Positions 25,423 through 36,275 of a DNA stretch of 64,000 bases are shown here, piece by piece; the stretch's first letter is position 1; each line of letters starts with the position of its first letter. This stretch comes from an uncultured Bacteriovoracaceae bacterium. Its GTDB lineage: Bacteria > Bdellovibrionota > UBA2428. Both the position numbers and the translations under genes were made by a program. Under the pieces are notes generated by a model. That model worked only from the letters and a program-made list of their open reading frames with translations, ran no database searches and was not told the origin of the DNA. The stretch spans positions 278,851-342,850 of the forward strand of contig CAYZFQ010000002.1 in the NCBI GenBank assembly GCA_964477895.1, given 5' to 3'.

Positions 25423-28077
25423 TTAGACCAAGGCCTTTAGGGCCTTTATAGTTTTATCCAATTTATCTTGGGCTTCCGATAGTTTCAGCTTCTCTTTGTC
25501 CACCACCTCAGGGGGAGCCCGTGAAACAAAACTTTCGTTGGCCAATTTAGCCTGCTGAGCTTTCACCATTTTATCAAGGCTCTCAGACTCTTTTTTCAGT
25601 CGACTTCGCTCCTCCTCGAGATCTACCAGGTCCGAAAGCGGAATTCCGAACTCCACGTTGGACCCCGCCTCCAGGGCCCGTACTACGAGAGGTGTGCATC
25701 GCAAGGAGCTATCCGCCGACGTAAAGGCTAGCGATTCCACTCTCCCCAGAGACTGGACCAAAGCAAGATTGGCCTCCAATACTTTACGAGAATTGGCCTT
25801 GACCGCGGGGGCAAAAATTCGAAGCTTTTTGGCTGGGGGAACCTTGTTCTCCGCCCGCAGGTTTCGCAAAGCACTCACAACATCTTGGACAAAGGCAAAT
25901 TCGGCTAAGGCATCTGCGTTCGGGAAGCCCTCCCCCAGGGGAAATTTCAAAATAGAGACCGACTCCTCCGCGCCCACGCCCGGCAACTCATGAAAGAGTT
26001 CCTCACTCACATGAGGGCAGATGGGATGGAGCATTTTTAAAATCTCGCCCAAGACAAATAAAATAACGGGCTGGGAACTCTCTCGGTGAAGCTTGGCGGC
26101 CTCCAAATACCAATCGCAGAAATCATTCCACACAAAGTGGTAAAAAAGGGTGGCCCCTTCTTGCATGCGAAATTCCGACCAAGCCTTATTCAAATCCCGA
26201 GCGGTGGCGTCCAGCCGACTGAGAATCCAATCGTCAGCCAGATTCACAGTCTTTAACGGGCGCTCACGCCATTCCACATCCAGCTTACCCATCAAAGCAA
26301 AGCGGGTGGCATTCCAAATTTTATTTAAAAAATTTCGGTAGGTATCTAAGGCTTCTTCTGACAATCGCAGATCTCGTCCCTGCACACACAAGGCGTTTAA
26401 GGTAAATCGGAGTGTGTCCGCACCAAAGTGCTGAACGATTTCCAAAGGATCTTTGACATTTCCCTTGGTCTTCGACATTTTTTGGCCGTCGGCGTCGCGC
26501 ACCATGGGATGCAAGTAAACTTTTTTAAAGGGCGGCTGGCCGGTGAATTCAAGACCCATCATCAACATCTTTGCCACCCAAAAAAACAAAATATCAAAAC
26601 CTGTTTCCATCACCTGAGTGGGATAAAAAGTTTTAAAATCAGCCGATTCTTGTTGGGGCCACCCTAAAGTAGAAAAAGGCCAAAGTGCCGATGAAAACCA
26701 GGTGTCCAGAACGTCAGTATCCTGCACGAAATCTGGTTTTTTACATTTGGAACAAGCCGAAGGGGCCTCGAGAGCCACTTCAATATGGGAGCAAGACTTG
26801 CAGTGATAAGCTGGGATTTGCTGTCCCCACCAGAGCTGACGCGAAATACACCAATCATGAATATTTTCCATCCAACGCATGAACTGGTTGTGAAATTCGT
26901 GAGGCACAATTTCCACCTCGCCGGATTCAACGGATTTTGCCGCTAGAGCGGCCATGCCATCTAATTTCAAATACCATTGTTGGCTGAGATAGGGCTCCAC
27001 AACATCCCCATAGCGCTCGGCCACACCAACTCGGTTCTTATGCTTCTCCACTTTTTCCAAAAGTCCGGCAGCCTCGAAAGCCTCCACCACTTTTTTGCGT
27101 GCCTCAAAGCGATCGAGTCCAGCATAGGCTGCCCCACCCGCCGGCAAACCCGCCACCACCTTGGCCTCTTTGGTAAATATATTAATCCGAGGCAAATTGT
27201 GACGAAGACCCAAGTCAAAGTCATTGAAGTCATGAGCGGGTGTGATTTTAACCGCACCCGTGCCAAAGGTAGGATCCACGTAGTCATCGGCCACAATGGG
27301 AATTTCGCGGTTCACAATGGGCAATATCAGCTTTTTACCAATGAGGTTTCGGTAACGATCGTCCTTGGCGTTCACGGCCACGGCCGTGTCTCCCAGCATT
27401 GTTTCCGGTCGGGTGGTGCTCACTACCAAAAATTTCCCCGATCCATCCGCCAGCGGATACTTTAAATTCCAAAGTGAAGACTCGCGGTCTTCAAACAAAA
27501 CTTCCAAATCACTTAAACCCGTTTGCCCCTTAGGCGACCAATTGACTAAACGCTCCGCTCTGTAAATAAGCCCACGCCGATGGAGCTCCACAAAGGCATA
27601 GCTAACGGCCTTGTTCAACTCGGGCTCCATTGTAAAACGGGCGCGCGACCAATCGCAGCTTGTCCCTAGAGCTTTTATTTGTCCGTAAATACGCGGTTGG
27701 TAGCTTTCAATCCACTTCCAACATTCTTTCAAAAATTCTTCTCGGCCGATTTTTTTATAATCCACCCCTTGAGCGGCAAGGTGCTTCACCACCTGCATAT
27801 TCACGGCGATAGAAGCATGGTCGGTTCCCGGCACGTATAGACTTTCATCGCCTAACATTCGGTGCCAGCGTGTGAGGGTATCTTCCAGGGCCAACATCAG
27901 GGCATGGCCCTGGTGCAAAACTCCCGTCACATTGGGAGGCGGCATCACTAAGGAAAAACTTTTTCCGGTGGGATGAGAATGTCGCGCCTTAGCAACCTCC
28001 GGCTTAAAAAGCTCAGCCTCTTCCCAAAATTTCTGCCATTTCTTATCGTGAACTACCGGGTCGTAAGCCTTATCCAT
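25423..28077 (-). CDS. valS: Valine--tRNA ligase
   Basis: 884 aa with a HIGH-type motif (PPPNVTGVLHQGHAL), KMSKTKGN and a C-terminal coiled coil. Confidence 0.97.
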   Translation of the reverse strand: MDKAYDPVVHDKKWQKFWEEAELFKPEVAKARHSHPTGKSFSLVMPPPNVTGVLHQGHALMLALEDTLTRWHRMLGDESLYVPGTDHASIAVNMQVVKHLAAQGVDYKKIGREEFLKECWKWIESYQPRIYGQIKALGTSCDWSRARFTMEPELNKAVSYAFVELHRRGLIYRAERLVNWSPKGQTGLSDLEVLFEDRESSLWNLKYPLADGSGKFLVVSTTRPETMLGDTAVAVNAKDDRYRNLIGKKLILPIVNREIPIVADDYVDPTFGTGAVKITPAHDFNDFDLGLRHNLPRINIFTKEAKVVAGLPAGGAAYAGLDRFEARKKVVEAFEAAGLLEKVEKHKNRVGVAERYGDVVEPYLSQQWYLKLDGMAALAAKSVESGEVEIVPHEFHNQFMRWMENIHDWCISRQLWWGQQIPAYHCKSCSHIEVALEAPSACSKCKKPDFVQDTDVLDTWFSSALWPFSTLGWPQQESADFKTFYPTQVMETGFDILFFWVAKMLMMGLEFTGQPPFKKVYLHPMVRDADGQKMSKTKGNVKDPLEIVQHFGADTLRFTLNALCVQGRDLRLSEEALDTYRNFLNKIWNATRFALMGKLDVEWRERPLKTVNLADDWILSRLDATARDLNKAWSEFRMQEGATLFYHFVWNDFCDWYLEAAKLHRESSQPVILFVLGEILKMLHPICPHVSEELFHELPGVGAEESVSILKFPLGEGFPNADALAEFAFVQDVVSALRNLRAENKVPPAKKLRIFAPAVKANSRKVLEANLALVQSLGRVESLAFTSADSSLRCTPLVVRALEAGSNVEFGIPLSDLVDLEEERSRLKKESESLDKMVKAQQAKLANESFVSRAPPEVVDKEKLKLSEAQDKLDKTIKALKALV

Positions 28078-28110
28078 TGGCTTTGCAATCTAGCAGGCAG
28101 CTCCCCAAAT

Positions 28111-29265
28111 CTAAATAGCGTCGAGGATGGCTTTTTGCCGGTTTACACTCTTTGCCTGGGTCTTAATGGCCAGTCCGGCGCGCAGTCCCAACATATAGAT
28201 ACGATTTTTACGGATTCCCGCCGAAGAATCGAGTTCCTCGGCATAGGAAGTGACGTCGAGGTCAAAGAGAGGCAGGATTTTAAGGGTAAGGCCTGCCGTC
28301 CAATATCCATGAAAAAAGCCGGCTCGCATATCCACAACCGGAAGGGAAAGATCTGCCCCCAAGAAAACCTTTTTGGTATAAGACAGATTTTTATTGTTCA
28401 GCTGGCGCATGTCCCAAAGCAGTGTGGCATCTGCCAAACGACTCGCGAATCCCAGGGCCGTGCCCGTAGACCAGGCCATTTCCTGGGGTGGAGGAGCATC
28501 GCTTCCAATTTTTGAATTTCTAAAACGAGTGTCTCCCACATCTTCTAAGGTCGTGCCCAAGGCGTACCAAGAATTTTTTCCCATTTTGCGGCGCCACTGA
28601 GTTCCCAAAGTGAGGCCGTAAGCTTCTCCACTTTTTACGTAGTCATCAAGCGTAGAACCGGTACCATTGATCACGGCCCCGCCGGTCACATGAGCGTATA
28701 CGAAGCGGCGACGCTGGTATCTCATCGAAGCACCGATGGCGAGGTCGGGAATGACCTTCACCGCAAAGCCCGTCAGCAATCCGTAGTCGTTTCGGCCATC
28801 GATCTCCAGTTCCGGATTCACGGGATTGCGGTAGGTGAGGTCCAATTTCATGTAGTCCCAGAATCCGGCAGCAAAGTGAGGTATGGCGATGCCAGGAAAG
28901 AATCCGCCCTCCAGGCCCAAGGGCTTGCCTAAAAAGGGAGAAAACTTGCTGCTGAGAGAAGCATTTTTATCATCTGTCACATCTTTAAGATTGCTGAAAC
29001 TGTCTATGATATTTTGGGCTCCGCCCAGCCATGAATTTGCAACGTTCACATTATAAGATTGGGAATGTGCTAAACCTGCCGGATTGTAAAATAATGCCGA
29101 GGCATCCGTCACCGCCGCAACACCTGTGTTGCCGCGGCCAAGCAACCGAATGTCTCGAAAGTTGTCTCGCCAGTAGCCTCCACCATTGTAAATCTGAGCT
29201 TCGGCCACTCCGATATTCAGCAGAAATAGCAGCCCAAAGGCTCTTAGGGAGTGACGGCCGCGCAA
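28111..29265 (-). CDS. Outer-membrane beta-barrel, FadL/PorV-like (paralog 1)
   Basis: 384 aa with a signal peptide. The N-terminal motif LGRGNTGVAAVTDASALFYNPAGLA is as in FadL/TodX and PorV-type barrels. Strand periodicity is G/Y-rich. Confidence 0.6.
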   Translation of the reverse strand: MRGRHSLRAFGLLFLLNIGVAEAQIYNGGGYWRDNFRDIRLLGRGNTGVAAVTDASALFYNPAGLAHSQSYNVNVANSWLGGAQNIIDSFSNLKDVTDDKNASLSSKFSPFLGKPLGLEGGFFPGIAIPHFAAGFWDYMKLDLTYRNPVNPELEIDGRNDYGLLTGFAVKVIPDLAIGASMRYQRRRFVYAHVTGGAVINGTGSTLDDYVKSGEAYGLTLGTQWRRKMGKNSWYALGTTLEDVGDTRFRNSKIGSDAPPPQEMAWSTGTALGFASRLADATLLWDMRQLNNKNLSYTKKVFLGADLSLPVVDMRAGFFHGYWTAGLTLKILPLFDLDVTSYAEELDSSAGIRKNRIYMLGLRAGLAIKTQAKSVNRQKAILDAI

Positions 29266-30047
29266 ACGCCCCCCTGACCCAGCCCTATTCCAGTGGCATC
29301 GTTAAGGGTGCTCCGCACACCCAAACACCCCACATCGTTTGGAGTCGCAACACAAGGAGGTGCCGTGAAGGCTAAACCGGCAGGTAAAGAATTGATTTTA
29401 TCCAAAAGAGTGGTGAGGCCCGTTCCCGAAGCGGTCACTCGAGTGGCCGAGTCGATAATGCGAGGGACACTGCTATAAAATTTATTAACCACGGAATTAG
29501 GCACCCCGGTTGAAGCGCCGGCAAAATCCTGAACCGTATGGCAGCCGGTAAAATTGGCGCGAAGACCGTTATAGGCGAGGGCGTAAATATTTAGATTCAC
29601 CCCAAAACGGCTCAAGTATAAAAATAGTGCAAAAAAGTTATGGTCGGAACTTCGGCCCGCCGCACGGTCGTCGATTTCCTCCAGCAAAGCCACCGCACTC
29701 TCTATATCTGCCACATCGTCGGCGTCGGCACCCTCGAAGCGCTCCGCCATGATTCGCAAAATGCCTTTGCTACTGGAGTCGGACGCAATTTTGTCTACGA
29801 TGTCGAGGATGCGAAGACCCGCGCGGCCCGCATACGCCATACTCGCCAGATAAAGAACCTCATCGCTACGATCACGCGCGAGCACTGCGGTGATACTAGT
29901 AATCGCCGAATCAAAATCTCTTTGATCCATAAATTTTTTGGTTTGATCAATGAGGTAGCGATTGGATTTTTTATCGGCAAAGTCTTCTGTAATATTTCCA
30001 CAAGAAAGCAAAGTGAAGAGCCCCAACACAGGCATCACTCGTCTCAT
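29244..30047 (-). CDS. Lipoprotein, predicted helical, unknown function
   Basis: The start is set at MRRVMPVLGLFTLLSCGN, which has the lipobox LLSC. The longer ORF to 30119 would overlap the upstream gene. Confidence 0.5.
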   Translation of the reverse strand: MRRVMPVLGLFTLLSCGNITEDFADKKSNRYLIDQTKKFMDQRDFDSAITSITAVLARDRSDEVLYLASMAYAGRAGLRILDIVDKIASDSSSKGILRIMAERFEGADADDVADIESAVALLEEIDDRAAGRSSDHNFFALFLYLSRFGVNLNIYALAYNGLRANFTGCHTVQDFAGASTGVPNSVVNKFYSSVPRIIDSATRVTASGTGLTTLLDKINSLPAGLAFTAPPCVATPNDVGCLGVRSTLNDATGIGLGQGGVCAAVTP

Positions 30048-30060
30048 CACCCGTGTGAAC

Positions 30061-31155
30061 TTAGAAGTTAAGAACATACCTACCCACAACCTTTCTGTCG
30101 TCGACGCGACGGCCGCCAAAGCCTACGTCTTCGCCGAAGGTGGTCACTTCCACTCCCGACACTCCTACGTGCACACCCAATCCCGCGGTCCAATAGCGCC
30201 CCTGATTGATCCCACCGCGCAAGAAGAATGCTTCGCGAAAGTTCAGTTCAAAGCCACCATGCAAATGGTGGTTGATACCCCGCGAATTCAATCGCGAGAC
30301 ATCTTTGAGCTCACCCGATAGAAAAGTCTTCACTCCACGAGCGTGTTTGTTTTGAAAAGAGAAGCCCACGTTCACCTTCTGGCGAATCGGCGGAGGCGCA
30401 CCATCCAAGGCTTGGTTGGTCGTGAAAAGCATCCGACGTTCGCGAAAAATCGTGCTGCCAATGTCCTGCACCGCGACCCCGAGAGTGGGCAAGCCAATGG
30501 TGGGGGAAGTGAGCAGAATTCCCGCATCAAAGCCGTAGCCGATCCCCTCTCTCCATTGGTTCGAATAGCTAAGAGAGCCGCTGCCATATTCCGCGGGCGT
30601 ATAACTGCGATTGATTTCCGCGCGATCGAGAGCCTTCCCCCCTACACCCACCTTAAGAATTCCCCCAAAGAAGGCCGCACCAAGGTGAGCGTAGAGACCC
30701 AAGTCATTATAGGCAAAAAGATTTAGATTTCTCGTGTTAGCGTCCACGTGGGCTTCGGTTGCGTTGCGTGCGATGGCACCCAAAGAAAAGTTTTTCACCA
30801 GAAACTGCGGTAAGAAAGAAAAGCCCAAACTGTACGGTGTATCGGGATGAGCCGCCACCTCAGCAATCATCGCATCCATCTGGCCTAAACTGCTGCGCTG
30901 GGAAGATAAAAAACTTGCCGTACCTAAAGAAGTGGATCCTTCAATATCGAAAACTTTGAGCTGTGCCTTGTTACGTTTAGCGACACCCGCCGGATTATAA
31001 TACACAGCCTCGTATCCCACGTCATAGGCCGTGTAAGCATCTCCCATTCCCAGAGCCCGCGAAGCCTGGAAAAAATTTCGCTCGCGCGCTTGGGCCAACG
31101 CGGCGGCGCTACTCAAAAAAATGAGCAAAAATAAAAAGAACCGGCTACAAAACAC
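30061..31155 (-). CDS. Outer-membrane beta-barrel, FadL/PorV-like (paralog 2)
   Basis: 364 aa with a signal peptide, the motif ALGMGDAYTAYDVGYEAVYYNPAGVA, and a C-terminal ...YVLNF. Confidence 0.6.
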   Translation of the reverse strand: MFCSRFFLFLLIFLSSAAALAQARERNFFQASRALGMGDAYTAYDVGYEAVYYNPAGVAKRNKAQLKVFDIEGSTSLGTASFLSSQRSSLGQMDAMIAEVAAHPDTPYSLGFSFLPQFLVKNFSLGAIARNATEAHVDANTRNLNLFAYNDLGLYAHLGAAFFGGILKVGVGGKALDRAEINRSYTPAEYGSGSLSYSNQWREGIGYGFDAGILLTSPTIGLPTLGVAVQDIGSTIFRERRMLFTTNQALDGAPPPIRQKVNVGFSFQNKHARGVKTFLSGELKDVSRLNSRGINHHLHGGFELNFREAFFLRGGINQGRYWTAGLGVHVGVSGVEVTTFGEDVGFGGRRVDDRKVVGRYVLNF

Positions 31156-32296
31156 TCCTCAGCTCCATCACAAAGGACCGAGCTTTCCGCTTGCTGTTGC
31201 CCTCGCCGAGCAATTCCGACACACTCGCTACTTCAGTTTCAAATCCAGGGAATCGAAAAGACAATCCCCCAGAAAGTTCTTTTGCTTTCACGCCTACGCT
31301 AAAAGCCAACCAAACCGGTAGCCGCATTTCATAACTCGCGGCGATTCTTTCAGATGCGGAAATCCTCCTTGTCCACTCTCCATATTCTATACGGAGTGCC
31401 GAGCGGATGCCGTCTCGAAAATTTGGCAGTCCAAGACCCATGCCAAATATTTGGTTATTGGGAAGATAAGAAAACTTCCTACCCGTGGAAGCTTTGTCGC
31501 CGATCGAATAGGCCGTGGTGCCAATGTCACGCCAAACGAATCCCAACTGCAAATGCCAAGCGCCAAGGCTTTGACGAGGCACGGAATAGAGAAAACCGTA
31601 GTCGGCCCCAAAGGCCACAGCACTTCGCTTGCGATCAGCGTCTCGCAAGGTCGTGGTCGCCACCGCAGCCGGCGCTAGTTCAAAGTCATCCCCCTGCCGA
31701 AAAAGACCCTTAAAATTAATTCCTAAATCAAAACTTCCGAAGCGATCGGACTCATAAATGGGTCCACCCGAGGCCAGTTCCAACCCCAGGTTTCGGTGAT
31801 AGTCGTAGAATAAGTTTCCATTGGACTGTAGAAGAGCCCGACGGCTTTGACCTAAGTGCAGCGAGAGCCCTAACTCTTTCCGAATCAAAGAGGTGGAGGC
31901 CACGGCCTTAGACCTTTGCTCTTGATCGCGACTATTCTCCAACGCGGCGGCGAGATCACTCGACATTTTATATCGGTTGCTCAAAGCATCGGAGAAGTTA
32001 AAGACTCCCCCACTCCCATAGCCCTGAATTCCCAGGGGAATGATTCGGCCCCGTTCTTCATAAATAATAGAGAGGAGGGCGGGATTGCTGTGAATAAAGG
32101 TAGCATCCACCGCATTTCGGCGAGACCATGGTGGAAGATCTGCAGCGATAGGGTGGGTGACCCCGGTGCCCGCACGAGCCAAAACTTGAGTGCTAGGATT
32201 TAATCCACTCCATTCCGTTCCCTCGGCCCCCACAGGGCTCGCTCCTAAAAAACCGAGACACAATCCCGCGAAGGCCTTCCAAGGTCCCAATTGCAT
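31145..32296 (-). CDS. Outer-membrane beta-barrel, divergent paralog 3
   Basis: 383 aa with a signal peptide. It carries a degenerate version of the same N-terminal motif (ARAGTGVTHP...DATFIHSNPALLS). Confidence 0.5.
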   Translation of the reverse strand: MQLGPWKAFAGLCLGFLGASPVGAEGTEWSGLNPSTQVLARAGTGVTHPIAADLPPWSRRNAVDATFIHSNPALLSIIYEERGRIIPLGIQGYGSGGVFNFSDALSNRYKMSSDLAAALENSRDQEQRSKAVASTSLIRKELGLSLHLGQSRRALLQSNGNLFYDYHRNLGLELASGGPIYESDRFGSFDLGINFKGLFRQGDDFELAPAAVATTTLRDADRKRSAVAFGADYGFLYSVPRQSLGAWHLQLGFVWRDIGTTAYSIGDKASTGRKFSYLPNNQIFGMGLGLPNFRDGIRSALRIEYGEWTRRISASERIAASYEMRLPVWLAFSVGVKAKELSGGLSFRFPGFETEVASVSELLGEGNSKRKARSFVMELRSVL

Positions 32297-32297
32297 T

Positions 32298-33218
32298 CTA
32301 TCGAGTATAACCTAGCTTCGAAATAAGAAGACCGATCCGCTCATGTCCTGCAGGATTGGGATGGGTATTGTCTCGTTGCATTAAGTCGAGATAGCCCCCA
32401 CTGCGATCTCGCTTTTCAATGGGGTCACGAATCACCCCATCTCGATCTAAAGTTTTAAGCCGAAACTGGTAGGAGGCCAGGCTTTCACCCGGCTGGTACC
32501 TACACTCGTTCACATCCGTCACCCCGTTACGATTGTTGTCCATGTCATCGCAGTTCAAATCCGCAAAGGCATCGGCCACCTTATATCCGTATCGTTCCGC
32601 AGCTTTCTGAATGTGATAGTTCGCTTCAATCATATAAGGCAAAAAGACCTCATGAGCCGAACGATTTAAAAACAAGCAAGTTTTCTCACGATATTCATTC
32701 ATCAAGGGATAATACATATTCACAAATCGAACTTTCCCCCCAGGCTTTTTATTGGTCGCTAAAAAATTTGCGATGTTTTGGAACTGTGTCTTGACCATGT
32801 CTGTTTGCCGGCGCCAAACGGACTCCAAACAGAAATCACCTCTTAGAATTTTTAGAAAGTCATTCCCGCCTCCATTGACGATCACATAGTCAGAGCGGGA
32901 AATCTCCTCCTGATTTTTAGTGATTTCGCGATAAATCTGGGAGGACTCGTGCCCGGCATGGGCATCATTCCAACCCCTAACGGCCACATTCGTAGAGGAA
33001 CTCAGCGCCTGGGAGAAGTACACTCCGTAAGACCCTCCTCGAACACCGCAAAAGATACAAGCACTATTAAATCCCGAGGCAATCGAATCACCATAAAGGG
33101 CGACTTTGGCCGAACCCACGGCCCCCGCTCGGTCCACTTCAAAACGGCGACCTGCCCAAACGGGTAGTGATAAGAACGCTACAAATAAAGTGCTGCTTAA
33201 TTTTTTGCCATTCCCCAT
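32298..33218 (-). CDS. Secreted SGNH/GDSL-family esterase/lipase
   Basis: Block I is LYGDSIASG, block III is VNGGGNDF and block V is DNTHPNPAGHERIG. A signal peptide is present. Confidence 0.8.
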   Translation of the reverse strand: MGNGKKLSSTLFVAFLSLPVWAGRRFEVDRAGAVGSAKVALYGDSIASGFNSACIFCGVRGGSYGVYFSQALSSSTNVAVRGWNDAHAGHESSQIYREITKNQEEISRSDYVIVNGGGNDFLKILRGDFCLESVWRRQTDMVKTQFQNIANFLATNKKPGGKVRFVNMYYPLMNEYREKTCLFLNRSAHEVFLPYMIEANYHIQKAAERYGYKVADAFADLNCDDMDNNRNGVTDVNECRYQPGESLASYQFRLKTLDRDGVIRDPIEKRDRSGGYLDLMQRDNTHPNPAGHERIGLLISKLGYTR

Positions 33219-33247
33219 ATCTCAAGGGTAAGCGGCGATAACGACTT

Positions 33248-35254
33248 TTATGATGCCAATGATTTGTCTTGCATTGATTCAGTGCCAAAGGGAATTAAGA
33301 TTCTGAATTCCGTTCCACAATTTTCAGCGGGACTTTGCACGCTTTTCACTTCAATTCGCCCCCCGTGCTTTTGAACAATTCCGTAAACAATCGAAAGACC
33401 TAGACCCGTGCCTTTGCCAATTTCTTTGGTAGTAAAAAAGGGATCAAAAATTTTTGACAGGTCTTCTGATGCGATGCCGCGTCCGGAATCCTTAATTTTT
33501 ATTTCAGCCCACGCGGCACCTTCAATTTCAATCTGCTTCGTCAAGATTTCCACACGGCCCCGTCCCTCGATGGCCTGGAAAGCGTTGGCTAAGAGATTCA
33601 CAAAAACTTGATTTAACTGGTTGGGGTAACAAGAGATGCGCAAACTTTCGCAAAGTTTCCATTCAAGAGTGATGCGATCTCTCCATTCATGCTGCAAAAG
33701 TTTAACGGTGTTACGAAGGAGCTCATGCAAATCTTTCTCTTCCAAACTGGCCTGATCCAATCGAGAAAAATTGCGGAGTCCTAGAACAATATCTTTAACT
33801 CGAATGCTGCCCTCTAAAGACGACTGGGAAATGTCGCGCAAGTCGACCAAAAGCTGTTGCCACTGAATATCTTTTAAAAAATTCTGCAAAGCCACTCTCT
33901 CTCCCGGCGGGAGACGAGGCTTCACTTGCTCCAGAAACTCATCCAGCCTCTCAAAATCACGCTGGTACTCCCGCAGTTGCGACATGTTAGAGTAAATAAA
34001 AGCAATCGGATTATTCAGTTCATGAGCAACCCCCGCCACGAGTTGCCCGAGCGAAGAAAGCTTGGCCGATTGCACCAACTGCTCCTGGGCTAATGAGAGC
34101 TCCTGAAACTTTTGCTCGAGTGCTCGCTGCGTACTTTGCACTTTTAGGGTCATCTCATTAAATTTTTGAGTGAGATAAGCCATCTCACTTTGGGCCAAAC
34201 CCTGCACGGGTTCAACCCACTGGCCCTCTTTCATTCGAGTCACGGCCTCGACTAAGCGAGAAATGGGCTCGGTCACCTTGGTAGATACGAGCCAGGTAGC
34301 CAGTGTGACGGCCAAACCTAAAATGACGGTAAAAATCCCCATGCCTACTAAATTTTTTCGCTGCAAGTTTTCTGCTTCCACCCGGGAAACCCCCACTCCC
34401 ACCCAAGCACTGAGACGATGATCTTCTTTCTCTAGAGGGGCCAAATAGAAGGAAAAGGCCTTCCCCAAGAGGGGACGAGACTGGGGTCTGGAGGAATCAA
34501 GCTGGAGGGGATCACCCACCCATTTGCGATAGTCAAAAGAGGCAGCCAGGAAGTTGCCTTCCGGCGACATGATAAAATTTTCCGTGCCGTGAATCTTGGA
34601 AAGTAGCGCCATCTTAGGAGAGTCTACCGAAAACTTTGCCGCCACGAAGTTGATCCCGCCTTTGAGCTTTTTGCTTTTGACGGCACGGTAGAAAACAAAG
34701 TCTACCCGAAGCTTTCGGTAAACTGTCTCTTTGACGGACCACAGCTCCCCCCGACTTAAGAAACTGCGAAAACTTCGACCCATGCGTTTTTCCTGAGCAC
34801 TCTCGAAGCGGGAATTCAGTGAAAAGAAACTTTGGCTGGCGGGATTGCGAGAAATTCGACTCCGCAGGGAGAGCGAGCCTTTGGGGCCCGTACTTTCCAG
34901 ATCGAGGAGCGTTTTGAGACGGTGAGAGAGCTCCCGATCCGAAGGGGCCGCCAGATTTTTCACGAGTCGCCCCTCGGAATCGTAGATTTTCACTTCGTCA
35001 AAGAGCGATTTCTGGAACCACTCTGGACTCAAGGAGATGGGCATTTCCTTGATCGAACGGAGAAGCTCACTATCAATTTTTTCGAAGTCTAAATTGAGAG
35101 CCAAAAGTTCCGGACGAGCTCGTCGCAAAATTTCTTGCTCCACGGCACGACCCAGCAAAAAGTTACCCCAGAGCGCTAAGGCCACGAGCGGTAACACCGC
35201 CAGAGGCACAAAAACGGCGACCAAATAGCTGCGCAAACTGAGGGGCTTTTTCAC
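33248..35254 (-). CDS. Sensor histidine kinase (two TM helices, periplasmic domain, HAMP)
   Basis: The H-box is [12 protein letters not shown]. The N and G boxes are [16 protein letters not shown] and [15 protein letters not shown]. No response regulator is adjacent. Confidence 0.9.
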   Translation of the reverse strand: MKKPLSLRSYLVAVFVPLAVLPLVALALWGNFLLGRAVEQEILRRARPELLALNLDFEKIDSELLRSIKEMPISLSPEWFQKSLFDEVKIYDSEGRLVKNLAAPSDRELSHRLKTLLDLESTGPKGSLSLRSRISRNPASQSFFSLNSRFESAQEKRMGRSFRSFLSRGELWSVKETVYRKLRVDFVFYRAVKSKKLKGGINFVAAKFSVDSPKMALLSKIHGTENFIMSPEGNFLAASFDYRKWVGDPLQLDSSRPQSRPLLGKAFSFYLAPLEKEDHRLSAWVGVGVSRVEAENLQRKNLVGMGIFTVILGLAVTLATWLVSTKVTEPISRLVEAVTRMKEGQWVEPVQGLAQSEMAYLTQKFNEMTLKVQSTQRALEQKFQELSLAQEQLVQSAKLSSLGQLVAGVAHELNNPIAFIYSNMSQLREYQRDFERLDEFLEQVKPRLPPGERVALQNFLKDIQWQQLLVDLRDISQSSLEGSIRVKDIVLGLRNFSRLDQASLEEKDLHELLRNTVKLLQHEWRDRITLEWKLCESLRISCYPNQLNQVFVNLLANAFQAIEGRGRVEILTKQIEIEGAAWAEIKIKDSGRGIASEDLSKIFDPFFTTKEIGKGTGLGLSIVYGIVQKHGGRIEVKSVQSPAENCGTEFRILIPFGTESMQDKSLAS

Positions 35255-35317
35255 CCCTTCTCTTCGTCAAAAAACTGACAAGTCTTGAGCCCTCAGCCCT
35301 GGCGTGGCGCGTTATCC

Positions 35318-36256
35318 TCAGTAAGAAGAGCGCACTAATAAAAGGCAGACTCCAGCCACAACGAGGCTTATAAAAAGAGCCTTGCGGAGGGAAAACCTTT
35401 CGGTGCGCATGACCAAGGCTACCGGCACGACTAAAACAGGGGCCAAACTGGAAAGGGCTGCACCTATCGCTAAAGGCGCATGACTCATTCCATATAAAAA
35501 GAAAAATGTCCCACCAAAGCCTTCTATGAAAAAAACCCAGAAATATTTCTTGGTAAATTTTAGCGGTAAAAATATAGATCCACGGTCGCCGATAAGGCGC
35601 CCCACCAACGGTGCAAGGAGCAAAACAAAAAACATTCTAAAGCAATTTCCTAAGGCTGCGCTCATCGGCACTCCCCCTCGATTGAGAGCATAGGCATTGA
35701 GGGCCCACATCCCCGAAGCAAAAACGGCCAGGCAAAGTCCTATGTCCTTACGCTTGAGTAAACTGCGACGTCCTGTATCTTCCCCATCCGAACGCGGGGC
35801 CACCTGCGTGCATAAAATCACCCCGACGGTCCCCGCCACCACGCAAATTAGTCCCAGAATTCCAAAAATATTCATCCCCCCACCCTTGGCCGAATAATCC
35901 GCCAAAGCCGTCCAGAGGGGATAAGTTGAGGCAATCGCGAGAGCTCCCGAAATTCCTAACGAGCGTGTACTCCACAAAAAAAGCACATCTCCCAGAGCAT
36001 AACTGGCGATAATACTCACAGCTAACCAAGCGATGGCATCCGGGGGCGCCGCATGAAAAGCCGCGAAGGCTCCCGAAAAACCACCAGACTGCCAAATGAG
36101 AATTAGGAAAAATAACGGCAAAGAAAGCAGGGCCCGCATACAAGCAATTTGAAAGGCGGGCTGAGTGCGCGAAATCACGGCATAAGTCGAAACACCCAAG
36201 GCCCAAGTACACGACGCCATGAAGGAAGAAAGAATTCCAAGCTCTTCGGTGCTCAC
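35318..36256 (-). CDS. EamA/DMT-family transporter
   Basis: 312 aa with 10 predicted helices in two halves. Confidence 0.7.
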   Translation of the reverse strand: MSTEELGILSSFMASCTWALGVSTYAVISRTQPAFQIACMRALLSLPLFFLILIWQSGGFSGAFAAFHAAPPDAIAWLAVSIIASYALGDVLFLWSTRSLGISGALAIASTYPLWTALADYSAKGGGMNIFGILGLICVVAGTVGVILCTQVAPRSDGEDTGRRSLLKRKDIGLCLAVFASGMWALNAYALNRGGVPMSAALGNCFRMFFVLLLAPLVGRLIGDRGSIFLPLKFTKKYFWVFFIEGFGGTFFFLYGMSHAPLAIGAALSSLAPVLVVPVALVMRTERFSLRKALFISLVVAGVCLLLVRSSY

Positions 36257-36275
36257 ACCCTACCTTGTAGCAGGA

